Assembly (NCBI GenBank): GCA_902488785.1
Contig: CABTXJ010000001.1
Coordinates: 1 to 36,015, forward strand
Direction: 5' to 3'
Length of the DNA: 36,015 nucleotides
From: an uncultured Eubacteriales bacterium
GTDB taxonomy: Bacteria; Bacillota; Clostridia; TANB77; CAG-508
This document shows, one piece after another, positions 1 through 9,741 of this stretch; position 1 is the stretch's first letter; each line of letters starts with the position of its first letter. Below the pieces are notes generated by a model. That model was not told where the DNA came from. It searched no databases and was given only the letters and a program-made list of their open reading frames with translations. The position numbers and the translations under genes are program-made.

Positions 1-808
1 ACACTTTATTTATTTCTTCTGCTTCTTTAACCTCAATATCTTCAGCTTTATAATCTGCATCTTTATCTATTCCATAAGTAATTACATTGCAATTATATTT
101 TTCTTTTTCACTTATTACTTTTTGTAACATAGTATCATCCGCATTTAATACTAAATATCCATCTTTAGATATACCTTTTACTATTTCTATTTTAGCTTTT
201 AATATATTTTCTACACTTCCTAAAATTCCAATATGTGAAGATCCAATATTTGTAATTATTGCGATATCAGGTCTTACTATATCTGTTAGTATTTCTATTT
301 CACCAATGCCATTCATACCCATTTCAAATACAGCAAGTTCTTCATTTTCTAATTTGCTTGCTGTAAGTGGAAGGCCAATTACTCCATTATAATTTTTTTC
401 TGTTTCATAGGTATTATATTTTTCTGATACAACATTATATACAGCTTTTCTTGTTGAAGTTTTTCCAACACTTCCAGTTATTGCTATTTTCTTTATATCT
501 ACATTTTTCATCATTTCTTTTGCAATTATTTGTAATGCTTTTCTATGTTCTTTAACATATACAATTGTAATATCATATTCAGATAAATCAATTGTATCGT
601 CTGTAATTATACAAGTTTTAGCTCCATTTTCTATTGCTGATTTTATATATTTATGTCCATCTGTTTTCTCACCCTTTGCTGCAACAAATGTATCGTCTTC
701 CTTTATTTCTAAGCTGTTTTGTATTAATCTTGAAAAATAATCTTCTCCTGTGCCTTTCATGATCTTTCCATTTATTTTATCAATAACATCATTTATTTTT
801 ATTTTCAT
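1..808 (-). CDS. murF: UDP-N-acetylmuramoyl-tripeptide--D-alanyl-D-alanine ligase MurF, N-terminal ~269 codons; 3' end runs off the window
   Basis: Not in the ORF track because it is truncated. Manual reverse translation from ATG 808-806 (AAGGAG upstream) gives MKIKINDVIDKINGKIMKG...KKIAITGSVGKTSTRKAVY...NYNGVIGLPLT...FEMGMNGIGEI...ITNIGSSHIG. This shows the Mur-ligase P-loop and the MurF-type IGLPLT motif. The frame is open to position 1. Confidence 0.85.
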   Translation of the reverse strand, partial: MKIKINDVIDKINGKIMKGTGEDYFSRLIQNSLEIKEDDTFVAAKGEKTDGHKYIKSAIENGAKTCIITDDTIDLSEYDITIVYVKEHRKALQIIAKEMMKNVDIKKIAITGSVGKTSTRKAVYNVVSEKYNTYETEKNYNGVIGLPLTASKLENEELAVFEMGMNGIGEIEILTDIVRPDIAIITNIGSSHIGILGSVENILKAKIEIVKGISKDGYLVLNADDTMLQKVISEKEKYNCNVITYGIDKDADYKAEDIEVKEAEEINKV

Positions 809-1054
809 AATTTCTCCTTATACTAGTCCGGATTTTTGGGCTACTTAAAACTATATTTATTATTTTGTTTTATTTTATTTTCTTTTCTTTTATTATATGT
901 ATTATATTAGTTCCATTTAATTTCTTCAATATTATGTATTATATATTATTTATATTCTATTTATACTTACTATTTCTTTTTACTTTTTTTTCATATATAA
1001 TTATATTCAATTGAAAAATATGAAAAATATAATATATGCATTTTGGAGGTTATT

Positions 1055-2197
1055 TTGAAAAATATATTAATTCTATCAGGTTCATTTGGTGGCGGTCATA
1101 ATTCTGCTGCTAATTCCTTATCACAAGAAATACAATCTAGAGGTGAATACAATGTAAAAATTATCGATGCTTTAGAATATGTAAGTCATGATATTAATAA
1201 ATTTTCAATAGAATTTTATAATTTAGCTTCTAGAAAATTTCATGGTATATCTAAAAGAATGTATTATGATACTAATAGTGGTTATATGCTTGATTTAAGT
1301 AAGTTTGCAGTCAAAATACTTTCACCACTAATCATTAATCTCTTTGATGAATTTAAACCTAATCATATAATTTGCACACATCCATTTGCTACAGTTATGG
1401 CAACTTATGCAAAAAAATCAGGACGTATTTCAAATGATATACCTGTTTCTACAATAATTACAGATTATGAGATACATGGTTTTTGGTTTGGATTCCCTGA
1501 CTATTTAGATCATTTATTTGTAGCTACAGATCAAATGAAAAAAACTATCATAGAAAATGATATTATGGATCAAAATAAGGTTCATGTAACAGGTATTCCT
1601 GTTAAAGAAGTGTTCAAAACTAGTATCTCTGACATCAAAAAAAGCGAATTAAGAAAAGAACTCAATATTCCAGATAATAAGAAATCTACTATATTTTTTG
1701 CTGGTGGTGCGTTAGGTCTTTCCAATTCTTCATTAATAGATACATTAAATATTCTTGCCACTTCTTTGTCTGATTATCATTTTATTGTAATAACTGGAAA
1801 AAATGAGGAATTATATAATGATTACAAAAAATATATAGAAAAAAATAATTTAAACAACGTAACTTTAATTAAATTTGCTAACAATGTTAATGAATTAATG
1901 GATATCTCTGATTTCATAGTTTCAAAGCCTGGAGGTTTAACTACATCTGAAGCAATAGCAAAGGGAGTTGCTCTTCTTATAATAAATCCACTACCTGGTC
2001 AAGAGGAGGCTAACACTAACTATATAGTAAGTAATAATGCAGGGGTTCATGTTACAAAAGAAAATATTGATGAAATAACAGATAAAATAAAAAATGATCC
2101 TAATTACATTAAAAATATGAAGGCGAATTCAAAAAATTTAGGAAAGCCTTTTGCTTCAAATGATATAATTGATATTGTTTTAAAGGACTTAATATAA
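1055..2197 (+). CDS. GT28 (MurG-like) glycolipid synthase, MGDG synthase / UgtP-like diacylglycerol glycosyltransferase
   Basis: Frame of track ORF 1043..2197. Start moved to TTG 1055 because GGAGG (1045-1049) lies 5 nt upstream of it. It has the N-terminal SGSFGGGHNSAAN loop and the C-terminal KPGGLTTSEA...PGQEEAN motif typical of this family. Confidence 0.7.
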   Translation: MKNILILSGSFGGGHNSAANSLSQEIQSRGEYNVKIIDALEYVSHDINKFSIEFYNLASRKFHGISKRMYYDTNSGYMLDLSKFAVKILSPLIINLFDEFKPNHIICTHPFATVMATYAKKSGRISNDIPVSTIITDYEIHGFWFGFPDYLDHLFVATDQMKKTIIENDIMDQNKVHVTGIPVKEVFKTSISDIKKSELRKELNIPDNKKSTIFFAGGALGLSNSSLIDTLNILATSLSDYHFIVITGKNEELYNDYKKYIEKNNLNNVTLIKFANNVNELMDISDFIVSKPGGLTTSEAIAKGVALLIINPLPGQEEANTNYIVSNNAGVHVTKENIDEITDKIKNDPNYIKNMKANSKNLGKPFASNDIIDIVLKDLI

Positions 2198-2250
2198 TTT
2201 TAGTATTAAAATAACTAAAATAAAATACAATGCAATAAAATATAAAATAA

Positions 2251-2276
2251 AAAAGTAGCTATTGCTACTTTTTTTA
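2251..2276. terminator. Bidirectional rho-independent terminator between the GT28 gene and minC-like gene
   Basis: AAAAGTAGC-tatt-GCTACTTTT hairpin flanked by an A-run and a T-run. Confidence 0.7.
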
Positions 2277-3227
2277 AAATCTCCATTTGCTTTTTTTCTT
2301 ATCTTCACTTTGTATTTCTATTGTATTATTAGATTTGTAATCAACCGTAATTTTTCCATCTTCTATAAAGAATATTGGAAATTTATCATATTTTTCAACT
2401 TCTTGAACTTCTTTTCCAATTCTTATTTGTGTTTTCTGAGTACTATTTGCTGCAACAAAAGCTTTAGCATTTCCATTAGCACCTGCATGTGCAAGTCCTC
2501 TTAATTCTCCTAATATAACTACATTGTCTTCAGCTATTATTTCAGCACCACTATTTAAATCTCCTAAAAGTACGATACTTCCTTTAAATTCTTCCCTAAT
2601 ACCTGATCTTAATGATCCTTTTATAAATTTTGTTTTTGAAACATCTATAGTTTTTTCATATATTTTCTCTATTTTATCTAAGCCGAGCTTTTCTTTAGTT
2701 TTTTCAAATAATATCTTTGCATTAATTTTAGTATCTAAAGTTTTAAGTATTAGATCTTGCTCTTCATTTGAAAATGATTTATTAAAAAGTTTTAAATATA
2801 TTATATTGTGTTCATTTATACTTCCTAATTTTTCCAAGTCGTTGTCATATTCTGCATTTTCTTCTTTATTTTCTTTGTTTTCACTGATTTCTTCTAATTC
2901 ACTTTGTTTATTTAGATCAGATAATTCTTTTCTAAATTGTTTTATGCTATCTAAAATACTACTATTTTCTTGTCCTTTTGAAATATATTTTGCTTCACTT
3001 TCATTTGAAATACTACCAACCAATTTCTTTTTTTCTTTTTTATCTTCTTCAATTTCTATTTTATTTTTAGCATTTAATCCTTTTAGCAAATCTAATGAAA
3101 TATTATTTATTTCATCCTTTCTATCTATCATTTCAATAATTAAAGATGACACACTTCTATCATCAGGTACAAAAACACCAATAGTTTTCTTGTCATTTAA
3201 ATGTATAGTCAATAATTGTTCTTTCAT
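2274..3227 (-). CDS. minC: MinC-like septum site-determining protein (C-terminal MinC beta-helix domain; divergent low-complexity N-terminal part)
   Basis: The C-terminus RSGIREEFKGSIVLLGDLNSGAEIIAEDNVVILGELRGLAHAGANGNAKAFVAA...QIRIG matches the MinC C-domain signature (RSGQ..GDVNPGAE..GxLRGxxHAG). The remainder is K/E/N-rich. Confidence 0.6.
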   Translation of the reverse strand: MKEQLLTIHLNDKKTIGVFVPDDRSVSSLIIEMIDRKDEINNISLDLLKGLNAKNKIEIEEDKKEKKKLVGSISNESEAKYISKGQENSSILDSIKQFRKELSDLNKQSELEEISENKENKEENAEYDNDLEKLGSINEHNIIYLKLFNKSFSNEEQDLILKTLDTKINAKILFEKTKEKLGLDKIEKIYEKTIDVSKTKFIKGSLRSGIREEFKGSIVLLGDLNSGAEIIAEDNVVILGELRGLAHAGANGNAKAFVAANSTQKTQIRIGKEVQEVEKYDKFPIFFIEDGKITVDYKSNNTIEIQSEDKKKSKWRF

Positions 3228-3233
3228 TAGCTT

Positions 3234-3833
3234 TTACTCCATTTCTCTTCTTCCTTCTATCGCTTTAGCTAAAGTAACTTCATCTACAAATTCTAAATCT
3301 CCACCTATTGGAATTCCATGTGCTATTCTTGTAACTTTTACTTTGTATGGTTTTAATATTTTCGCGATATAGCTTGCTGTCGTTTCTCCTTCTACTTTTG
3401 GATTTGTAGCAATTATTACTTCTTCCACTTTCTCTTCTGTAACTCTTATTATTAACTCTTTGATCCTTAAATCTTCTGGTGAAACACCATTCATTGGTGA
3501 GAGTACACCTTCTAAAACATGATATATTCCCTTGTATTCACCTGTTTTTTCCATAGAAATGATATCTTTTACATCTTCTACAACACATATTAATTTGTGA
3601 TTTCTTTCTTTATTACTACATATTGGACATATTTCATCATCAGAAATATTAAAACATTTTGTACATTTTTTTAAATTTTTTTTAGCACTAACTATAGCAT
3701 TGAGAAGCTGTTGCACTTCTTTGTTATTTTCTTTTATAATATGAAATGCTAATCTCTCTGCAGTCTTTCCTCCAATACCTGGTAATTTAGCCAAATTATC
3801 TATCAAATCTTGTATTGATGTTGAATATTCCAT
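3234..3833 (-). CDS. recR: Recombination protein RecR
   Basis: It has the HhH motif [14 protein letters not shown], the C4 zinc finger CTKCFN..CPICS and a Toprim region. It sits in the conserved dnaX-ybaB-recR order. Confidence 0.95.
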   Translation of the reverse strand: MEYSTSIQDLIDNLAKLPGIGGKTAERLAFHIIKENNKEVQQLLNAIVSAKKNLKKCTKCFNISDDEICPICSNKERNHKLICVVEDVKDIISMEKTGEYKGIYHVLEGVLSPMNGVSPEDLRIKELIIRVTEEKVEEVIIATNPKVEGETTASYIAKILKPYKVKVTRIAHGIPIGGDLEFVDEVTLAKAIEGRREME

Positions 3834-4171
3834 TATAATCCCAATCCTGGTATATTTAGTCCTGAAGTCATTTCTTCTTCTTCTTTTGCTATTTGATTTA
3901 ACGCATCATTTATGCAAAGTGTAATTAAATCTTCTATCATTTCTTTATCTTTAGATTCTATTAATTCTTCAGATATATCTATATTTTGTAATACTCTTTT
4001 ACCACTTATTTTAACTTTTACTGCACTTCCTCCTGCAGTTGCTTCAAAACTTTTATTTGCAATTTCTTCTTGTGATTTTTTCATATCTGTTTGAATTTTT
4101 TGTGCTTCTTTCATAAGCTTTCCTATATTCATTCCCATTCCCATTCCACCTGGAAATCCTTTTCTTCCCAT
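3833..4171 (-). CDS. ybaB: YbaB/EbfC nucleoid-associated protein
   Basis: About 110 aa with [17 protein letters not shown]...[15 protein letters not shown], located between dnaX and recR. Confidence 0.9.
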   Translation of the reverse strand: MGRKGFPGGMGMGMNIGKLMKEAQKIQTDMKKSQEEIANKSFEATAGGSAVKVKISGKRVLQNIDISEELIESKDKEMIEDLITLCINDALNQIAKEEEEMTSGLNIPGLGL

Positions 4172-4222
4172 ATCTTCTCCTATTTAATTATTCTTATATT
4201 TTTTTATTATTTTCATTATATA

Positions 4223-5884
4223 TTATAACTTTTCAAAAGTATATTCAACCTTGTACTCTTTACCATACAATATTTTTCCTACTTTTGATATATCTTCCAA
4301 TGCTTTATTATTATTTAATATTTTCAAATTATTTCTATTACTTTCATTACTTAAATCTACTATTAGATTATCACCATCTATTATAATTTCTGCACTATTT
4401 AATGCTACAAAAATAGGTGTATTTCCCATATTAAGTAACTGTTTTCTAAATTCCAATGTATCAACTTTTTTTATTTTTCGGATTTTATTTTCTTCTTGAT
4501 TTTTTTCTTCTTTTCCTTTTGCTTGTAGTTGTTTTTTTTCTTGTTCTTTTTCTATTTTTTGAATTTTATTTTCTTCTTGTTTCTTATCATTAAATTTATC
4601 TGTCTTCTTTTCTAAAATATTAATTTTGTCTTCTTTTTTATTATCCAATTTATTAAGTGTTTCACTTATTATTTCATGTTTTTTACAGTTTTCATTTTTT
4701 TCTTCTTTGTATTGTATTTCTTTTTCAGGCGTGTCATTATATTGTATTTTTAATTCTTCGTCTATTTCTATGTTTAATCCTATCTCTCTAAGTGACTTTA
4801 TCAAATATGTATTAACCTTATTTTTTTCACATATATTTATTATACTAGAAATTATAAGTATCTTTTGATCTTCTATATATTTCATTTCTTGTATAATTTC
4901 AATCATATTTTTTATAATTTTATATAATTCTATTTTATCTAATTTAGCATATTTTGATAACTTTTCTTTATCCTCCGATGAAAATTCAATTAATATATTT
5001 TCATCATTTAAATAGCAAGCATTTATAACCCTTAACAATTCAGTCATAAAATTTTGTGGCTCTTTTCCGTCTTTAAATATATTATTTACTAAATAAAGAG
5101 TCTCCTTTGTATTTCCTTTAATCATATTTTCAAAAATTTTTGTCATTTCTTTTGTGTTAGGGAGTCCTACTATATTCCTTACTTTATTTGCATCTATTTT
5201 TTCACTTGAATTACTTATACTTTCTAATATTGATATACCATCTCTCATTGATCCTTTAGCAAGTATCGAAACTAGCTTTAATGCGTCATCTGTTATATCT
5301 ATATTATTTTCAGAAGATATCTTTTTTAATCTATTATATATTATTTCTTTATCTATTCTAGTAAATTCAAATCTTTGACATCTTGAAAGTACTGTTGCAG
5401 GCAGTTTTTGTGGTTCTGTTGTTGCTAATATAAATTTAACATGTTCTGGTGGTTCTTCTAGAGTTTTAAGTAATGCATTTGATGCTCCAGTACTTAACAT
5501 ATGAACTTCGTCTATTATATATATTCTATATTTTGATGTTGTAGGTAAAAAACTTATTTCATCTTTAATTAATCTAATATCATCTACACCATTATTTGAA
5601 GCAGCATCAATTTCAGTAACATCTGGATTATTTCCAGAAAGTATGCTTAAACATGATCTACACTTATTACAAGGACTTGCTCCATCTCTATTTTCACAAT
5701 TAATAGCCTGTGCAAGTATTTTTGCAATACTAGTTTTACCTGTTCCTCTAATGCCTGTAAAAAGATATGCATGTCCAACATTACCATTTTTTATTTGATT
5801 TTTTAAAACTTCTACTATACCATCTTGGCCTACTACATCTTCAAATGTTCTTGGCCTATATCTCCTGTATAATGACTGATACAT
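4223..5884 (-). CDS. dnaX: DNA polymerase III subunit gamma/tau
   Basis: It has Walker A GIRGTGKTSIAK, the zinc module CNKCRSC, DEVHMLS and SRCQRF. Start trimmed from 5896 to ATG 5884 (MYQSLYRRYRP, GAGGTGG just upstream). The C-terminal third is K/E/N-rich and repetitive. Confidence 0.95.
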   Translation of the reverse strand: MYQSLYRRYRPRTFEDVVGQDGIVEVLKNQIKNGNVGHAYLFTGIRGTGKTSIAKILAQAINCENRDGASPCNKCRSCLSILSGNNPDVTEIDAASNNGVDDIRLIKDEISFLPTTSKYRIYIIDEVHMLSTGASNALLKTLEEPPEHVKFILATTEPQKLPATVLSRCQRFEFTRIDKEIIYNRLKKISSENNIDITDDALKLVSILAKGSMRDGISILESISNSSEKIDANKVRNIVGLPNTKEMTKIFENMIKGNTKETLYLVNNIFKDGKEPQNFMTELLRVINACYLNDENILIEFSSEDKEKLSKYAKLDKIELYKIIKNMIEIIQEMKYIEDQKILIISSIINICEKNKVNTYLIKSLREIGLNIEIDEELKIQYNDTPEKEIQYKEEKNENCKKHEIISETLNKLDNKKEDKINILEKKTDKFNDKKQEENKIQKIEKEQEKKQLQAKGKEEKNQEENKIRKIKKVDTLEFRKQLLNMGNTPIFVALNSAEIIIDGDNLIVDLSNESNRNNLKILNNNKALEDISKVGKILYGKEYKVEYTFEKL

Positions 5885-5902
5885 ATTCCACCTCATGTAA
5901 AA

Positions 5903-6017
5903 ACTTCCTCTTCAAGGAGAGCACAATTCACATAAAGGCACTATTTATCGCTGCTTTCTTCCGAACCTGACGAGATTCATAGCTCTTTATTGAATATGCC
6001 CTCATTGAAAAGGAAGT
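5903..6017 (-). ncRNA. ffs: Small (4.5S-like) signal recognition particle RNA
   Basis: The minus strand reads ...CUCGUCAGGUUCGGAAGAAAGCAGCG..., which is the conserved SRP domain IV with GGAA tetraloop; U-U-C/G-A-A covaries against E. coli U-C-C/G-G-A. A 13-bp terminal helix pairs ACUUCCUUUUCAA (6017-6005) with UUGAAGAGGAAGU (5915-5903). The position upstream of dnaX is the canonical one. Confidence 0.85.
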
Positions 6018-6082
6018 ATATTATATATATTTATATATTATTTTTTCAAATTTTTCAAGCATAATATCTATTTTCTATAACT

Positions 6083-6805
6083 TTATCTTTCATTTTCTAT
6101 TATTTTTTTATCCTCAGAATTATATAATTTTTCTTTATTATTATCTGTATTCATTTTATTTTTATTTGGTATACTTAATACTACATGTTTCTTATAAGTT
6201 TTATTATTATTTAATATAATGTTTAAATCACATTCTATTATAAAACTTATATCTTCTATATTTACATTATTATCTTTTAATAAATTAATATTATTTTCTA
6301 TTACAGCATCTTTTTGTACTTCTTTTTCTTCGATATCCCTATTTACTATTCTAAATAATATTTTAGTATTACCTGAATTATCAGGAATATATGTAAGTTC
6401 TTTACCTATTTGGTTTTCACCTGCAATAGTATAAAGTTTATTTATATTATCTGATGGTGATATAACAGATATTTCACCTTTTTTAGGTTGTTTAGTTACT
6501 TGTATATTATTAATTTTAACCTTTTTAATATTATTTTCTTTTGATTTTTCTTGTTTCAAATTTTCTACGTTTATTAGCACATCACTAATCTGTGATATTT
6601 TAATAAAATCATTCTCAGATTCTACTCTTCTTTCACCTTGTGCAGTATACATAATGGCACTGCTATCAAAATTTACATAATTTGCCACCTTATCTGTTGA
6701 ATTATAATCATATTTTTGTATCATTACAATTATAATTGCAGTTATTATTATTATACTTACAATTGATATTGATATTATATTCATTTTATTACTATTTTTT
6801 TTCAT
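6083..6805 (-). CDS. Hypothetical membrane-anchored protein (one N-terminal TM, extracytoplasmic N/K/I-rich body)
   Basis: ATG 6805 lies 8 nt after AAGGA. The hydrophobic segment is IISISIVSIIIITAIIIVMI. I recognise no family. Confidence 0.55.
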   Translation of the reverse strand: MKKNSNKMNIISISIVSIIIITAIIIVMIQKYDYNSTDKVANYVNFDSSAIMYTAQGERRVESENDFIKISQISDVLINVENLKQEKSKENNIKKVKINNIQVTKQPKKGEISVISPSDNINKLYTIAGENQIGKELTYIPDNSGNTKILFRIVNRDIEEKEVQKDAVIENNINLLKDNNVNIEDISFIIECDLNIILNNNKTYKKHVVLSIPNKNKMNTDNNKEKLYNSEDKKIIENER

Positions 6806-7271
6806 TTCTTATTTCCTTAAAAAATTCTTTTAACATTTCTATATACTCATTATATATTTTATTTTCTTGATTGTCATTAATGTATTTTTTAAACATATCT
6901 TTTTTGTTAATATACTTATTTAAATAATTTAAATTATCAGGTTTCTCACATAAATATATAACTTCTGAAATTCTGCTATTTTCTATTGCACCAATACACA
7001 TTTTGCAAGGCATAAGTGTAACATACATTGTTGCATCATTTAATCTCCAACTTTTTATTTTTTTCGAAGCTTCGTCTATAGCTAAGATTTCGGCATGATG
7101 AATAGCATTTTGATTTTTTTCAACAGTATTATGTTTACAAGCAAGGATCTTTCCATCTTTGACTATTATTGCACCAACTGGAACTTCATCTTTTTTATAT
7201 GCTTTTTTTGCCTCCAAAATTGCTTGTTCCATATAGTATCTTTGATTATTGTATTTTTCTTTGTTTTGCAT
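6792..7271 (-). CDS. tadA: tRNA-specific adenosine deaminase TadA
   Basis: It has the CDA zinc motifs HAEILAI and PCKMCIGAI. The true start could be the internal ATG at 7232 (MEQAILEAKKA). Confidence 0.9.
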   Translation of the reverse strand: MQNKEKYNNQRYYMEQAILEAKKAYKKDEVPVGAIIVKDGKILACKHNTVEKNQNAIHHAEILAIDEASKKIKSWRLNDATMYVTLMPCKMCIGAIENSRISEVIYLCEKPDNLNYLNKYINKKDMFKKYINDNQENKIYNEYIEMLKEFFKEIRNEKK

Positions 7272-8280
7272 TTTTTACTCTTATATCTTCTCCATCAATT
7301 TTATACATTCTAGAATTTCCTGCTATTCTTGAAAGTATCCTATCACCATATGTATTAATTATATCTTGTATTGAAAGATTAGTTGATATTATTATTGGAT
7401 TATTCCTTATCATTCTCTCATTTATTATTGTAAACATTTCTTCTATTCTTGGCCCATTTACCGATTCTGTCCCTAAATCATCAATAATTAATAAATCAAC
7501 ATTTATAATATTATCAATATAGTCATTATATCTTTTTATATCACCAAATTTATATTCTACTAACTTACTAAAAATATTATTAGCTGTTTGATAAAGTACA
7601 GTATAGCCATTTTTTATTAAAGCATTTCCTACAGATTCAGAAAGATGTGTTTTTCCAACTCCTGTTTTTCCTGTAAGCATTATAGAATTGTGTGATTCAT
7701 TTTTAATCTTTTCAAAATTTTCAACATATTCTAATAAATCATTATATAATTTTTTAACTTTATCCTTAGGGCTAATACCATTTTCTTTTACATCACTATA
7801 ATAATCTATATTAAAATTCTCAAAAGTATTTTTTACTACTCTTTTTAAATTTGATTCTTCATAGCTTTTTTCAATTAATTTTTGTGTAAAACATTTACAT
7901 CTTTTTCTTTTTCCATTTTCCACTATATATCCAGAATCTTTGCAGTTTTTACAATCATAATCAACCTCAAAATCTTTAGGATTTATATTATTTTTTTCTA
8001 AAATTTCTTTTTTTCTTAATTTCAATCTATCCAGTTTTTTATACAGTTCTTTTTTACTTTTGGATTTATTCTTTTTAAATTCTTCTTTATCATTGTGTTC
8101 CGTAATCATTCCAGCAAGTTCTATAATTGATTTATATGTTATACTTCTCATTTCTTCATCAATTTTCTTTAATTCAGGATATTTTTCATAAATTTCAAAT
8201 ACTCTTTTATCTCTAATTCCTTCTTCATAATTTCTTTTAAGTTCATATTCCCTTAAAAGCTCTTCTGCTTGTTTTGACAT
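7246..8280 (-). CDS. dnaI: DnaI/DnaC-family replicative helicase loader (AAA+)
   Basis: It has Walker A GKTGVGKTHL, Walker B LLIIDDLGTE and the cysteine cluster CKNCKDSG...CKC. It lies immediately downstream of a DnaD-domain gene, as in the Firmicutes dnaB-dnaI pair. Confidence 0.75.
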   Translation of the reverse strand: MSKQAEELLREYELKRNYEEGIRDKRVFEIYEKYPELKKIDEEMRSITYKSIIELAGMITEHNDKEEFKKNKSKSKKELYKKLDRLKLRKKEILEKNNINPKDFEVDYDCKNCKDSGYIVENGKRKRCKCFTQKLIEKSYEESNLKRVVKNTFENFNIDYYSDVKENGISPKDKVKKLYNDLLEYVENFEKIKNESHNSIMLTGKTGVGKTHLSESVGNALIKNGYTVLYQTANNIFSKLVEYKFGDIKRYNDYIDNIINVDLLIIDDLGTESVNGPRIEEMFTIINERMIRNNPIIISTNLSIQDIINTYGDRILSRIAGNSRMYKIDGEDIRVKNAKQRKIQ

Positions 8281-8329
8281 AGCCCTCCTTCCTTTATTAC
8301 TTTGTTATTAATATAGTTTTTTAAATTAT

Positions 8330-9286
8330 TTACATTAATAAATTTTCAAATTCATCTGCATTTCTATTTTCTGTTTTAGTATTATTATTAGTAACCTTTC
8401 TTTTTATAACTTTATTCGTATTTTTTTTATTTTTTTCATTATGTTTCTTTATTTCTTCTACTGTCTTTAATCCATTTTCATGCCAATTTGTAATTATTGC
8501 ATCTAGATATGCTATACTAACTTCATTCTTTTTAACAGATGTTGAAAGTAATAAGTCTATAACTTCCTTGTTATATCCATATTCTATTATCCATTTCTTC
8601 ACATAATCCATCTGATATTCTGTAAGATTCTGCTTAAAATTCATTTTCTTCTTTATATAATTAGCTATACTCTTAGATTTTTCTTCATTTTCAAAATGTT
8701 TTGCTAGATCTTTGTATGTTACTATTCCTTCTTTACTAAATGATTCACATACTGTTTCAACATATTTTTGTGGCTTGTTTCCAGTTGAAAAGCAATAACT
8801 AAATATACCAATCATTGTGTCTTCATCAAAATTATATTTATCAAACCAAAGCGAAATTGCATTATACCATGTTATTGACATCACACCATTGAAGAACTGA
8901 TTATTAATATCATTTATAACCTTTTGCTTTTCATTTTTTTGTAATTTTTCCATGCTTTCCTCATATGATAATTCTATCTTAGGATTATATTTCATATTCA
9001 AATACTTTTCTTCTAAAGATTGAATTTCATAACTATTGCTTCTTTTTATTAGCAAACATTTTTCTTCTAAATATGATATAGCACTTTGCACAGTTCTTTT
9101 ATCGAGTGAACATTCAACTGCCATATCAGATATAGTAGATTCCTTACTATTTAAAGATATATATACTATATACATATATACTTTGAATGCTTCTGCTGGC
9201 ATATTTTTAAAATAATCTAAAAATAAGATTTGTGGTATTTCTATTTTTTTAAAAATATTATCTTTATCCTTATTACTAAATTTCAT
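8330..9286 (-). CDS. DnaD-domain replication initiation / membrane attachment protein (DnaB/DnaD-like)
   Basis: The N-terminal winged-helix-like region and the C-terminal DnaD-type repeats (YQMDYVKKWIIEYGYNKEVI..., AYLDAIITNWHENGLKT) are followed by the loader gene. Confidence 0.6.
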   Translation of the reverse strand: MKFSNKDKDNIFKKIEIPQILFLDYFKNMPAEAFKVYMYIVYISLNSKESTISDMAVECSLDKRTVQSAISYLEEKCLLIKRSNSYEIQSLEEKYLNMKYNPKIELSYEESMEKLQKNEKQKVINDINNQFFNGVMSITWYNAISLWFDKYNFDEDTMIGIFSYCFSTGNKPQKYVETVCESFSKEGIVTYKDLAKHFENEEKSKSIANYIKKKMNFKQNLTEYQMDYVKKWIIEYGYNKEVIDLLLSTSVKKNEVSIAYLDAIITNWHENGLKTVEEIKKHNEKNKKNTNKVIKRKVTNNNTKTENRNADEFENLLM

Positions 9287-9328
9287 TTTTTCCTTCTTAT
9301 TTATTATAGTATATATTTTATCAAAATC

Positions 9329-9357
9329 ATTATATCAAAACAGTCAACTAACTTCAA
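9329..9357 (-). promoter_or_regulatory. Candidate sigma-A promoter for the DnaD-domain/loader operon
   Basis: On the minus strand, TTGAAG (9357-9352), a 17-nt spacer and TATAAT (9334-9329). Confidence 0.45.
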
Positions 9358-9410
9358 TTTTTTATTATTATATCATATTTATTTTATAGCTATATAATAC
9401 ATCCTTATTA

Positions 9411-9719
9411 TTATTTTAAATAAATATGATATTTAGATTTAGTATAATAATTAATTAAATATTTAAGTATATATGTAATATCTTCTCCATTTAACCCTGA
9501 TATTGAAATCAATGTAATTGGTAAATATATAATTATTAATATTTGTACTTTTAATAAAAAACTTTCTATTATCTTTCCTAAAATAACATATGTAATTATA
9601 AAAAATATTGTTAATAAAAATATGAATTTATATTCTATAATGCCTAAAAACTTAGGCTTTATATCATAATTTTTTGGTATTATAAATTTTTTTAAATATC
9701 CTTCACTATTTTCATTCAT
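9411..9719 (-). CDS. PrgI-family (VirB3-like) small two-TM T4SS protein
   Basis: 102 aa. The IPKNYDIKPKFLGIIEYKFIFLL opening, two hydrophobic helices and the C-terminal GEDITYILKYLINYYTKSKYHIY resemble PrgI/TcpE-type proteins. It is the last gene of T4SS module A. Confidence 0.5.
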   Translation of the reverse strand: MNENSEGYLKKFIIPKNYDIKPKFLGIIEYKFIFLLTIFFIITYVILGKIIESFLLKVQILIIIYLPITLISISGLNGEDITYILKYLINYYTKSKYHIYLK

Positions 9720-9741
9720 AGCAACTCCTAAAATATCTCAT

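Noticed and set aside
87-555. Plus-strand track ORFs 87..392 and 367..555
   Set aside because: They are antisense to the murF frame, which has clear Mur-ligase motifs. Their translations are F/L/I/S-rich shadows with no SD.
1043-1054. Longer N-termini offered by the ORF track at 1043, 5896, 15073, 18697, 19603, 29762 and 31713
   Set aside because: In each case a downstream ATG or TTG has a properly spaced SD and yields the family-typical N-terminus. The upstream starts lack an SD or overlap the SD itself.
2524-3372. 282-aa plus-strand ORF (and 2262..2504)
   Set aside because: It is antisense to minC-like and recR. The S/F/L/I low-complexity translation is typical of the reverse strand of K/E/N-rich genes. 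It has no SD or promoter.
4223-5884. E. coli-style programmed frameshift site in dnaX (gamma/tau)
   Set aside because: I did not verify an A-AAA-AAG heptamer with downstream structure in the right frame. The short direct repeats at about 4470-4580 simply encode the repeated QEENKI(Q/R)KI motif.
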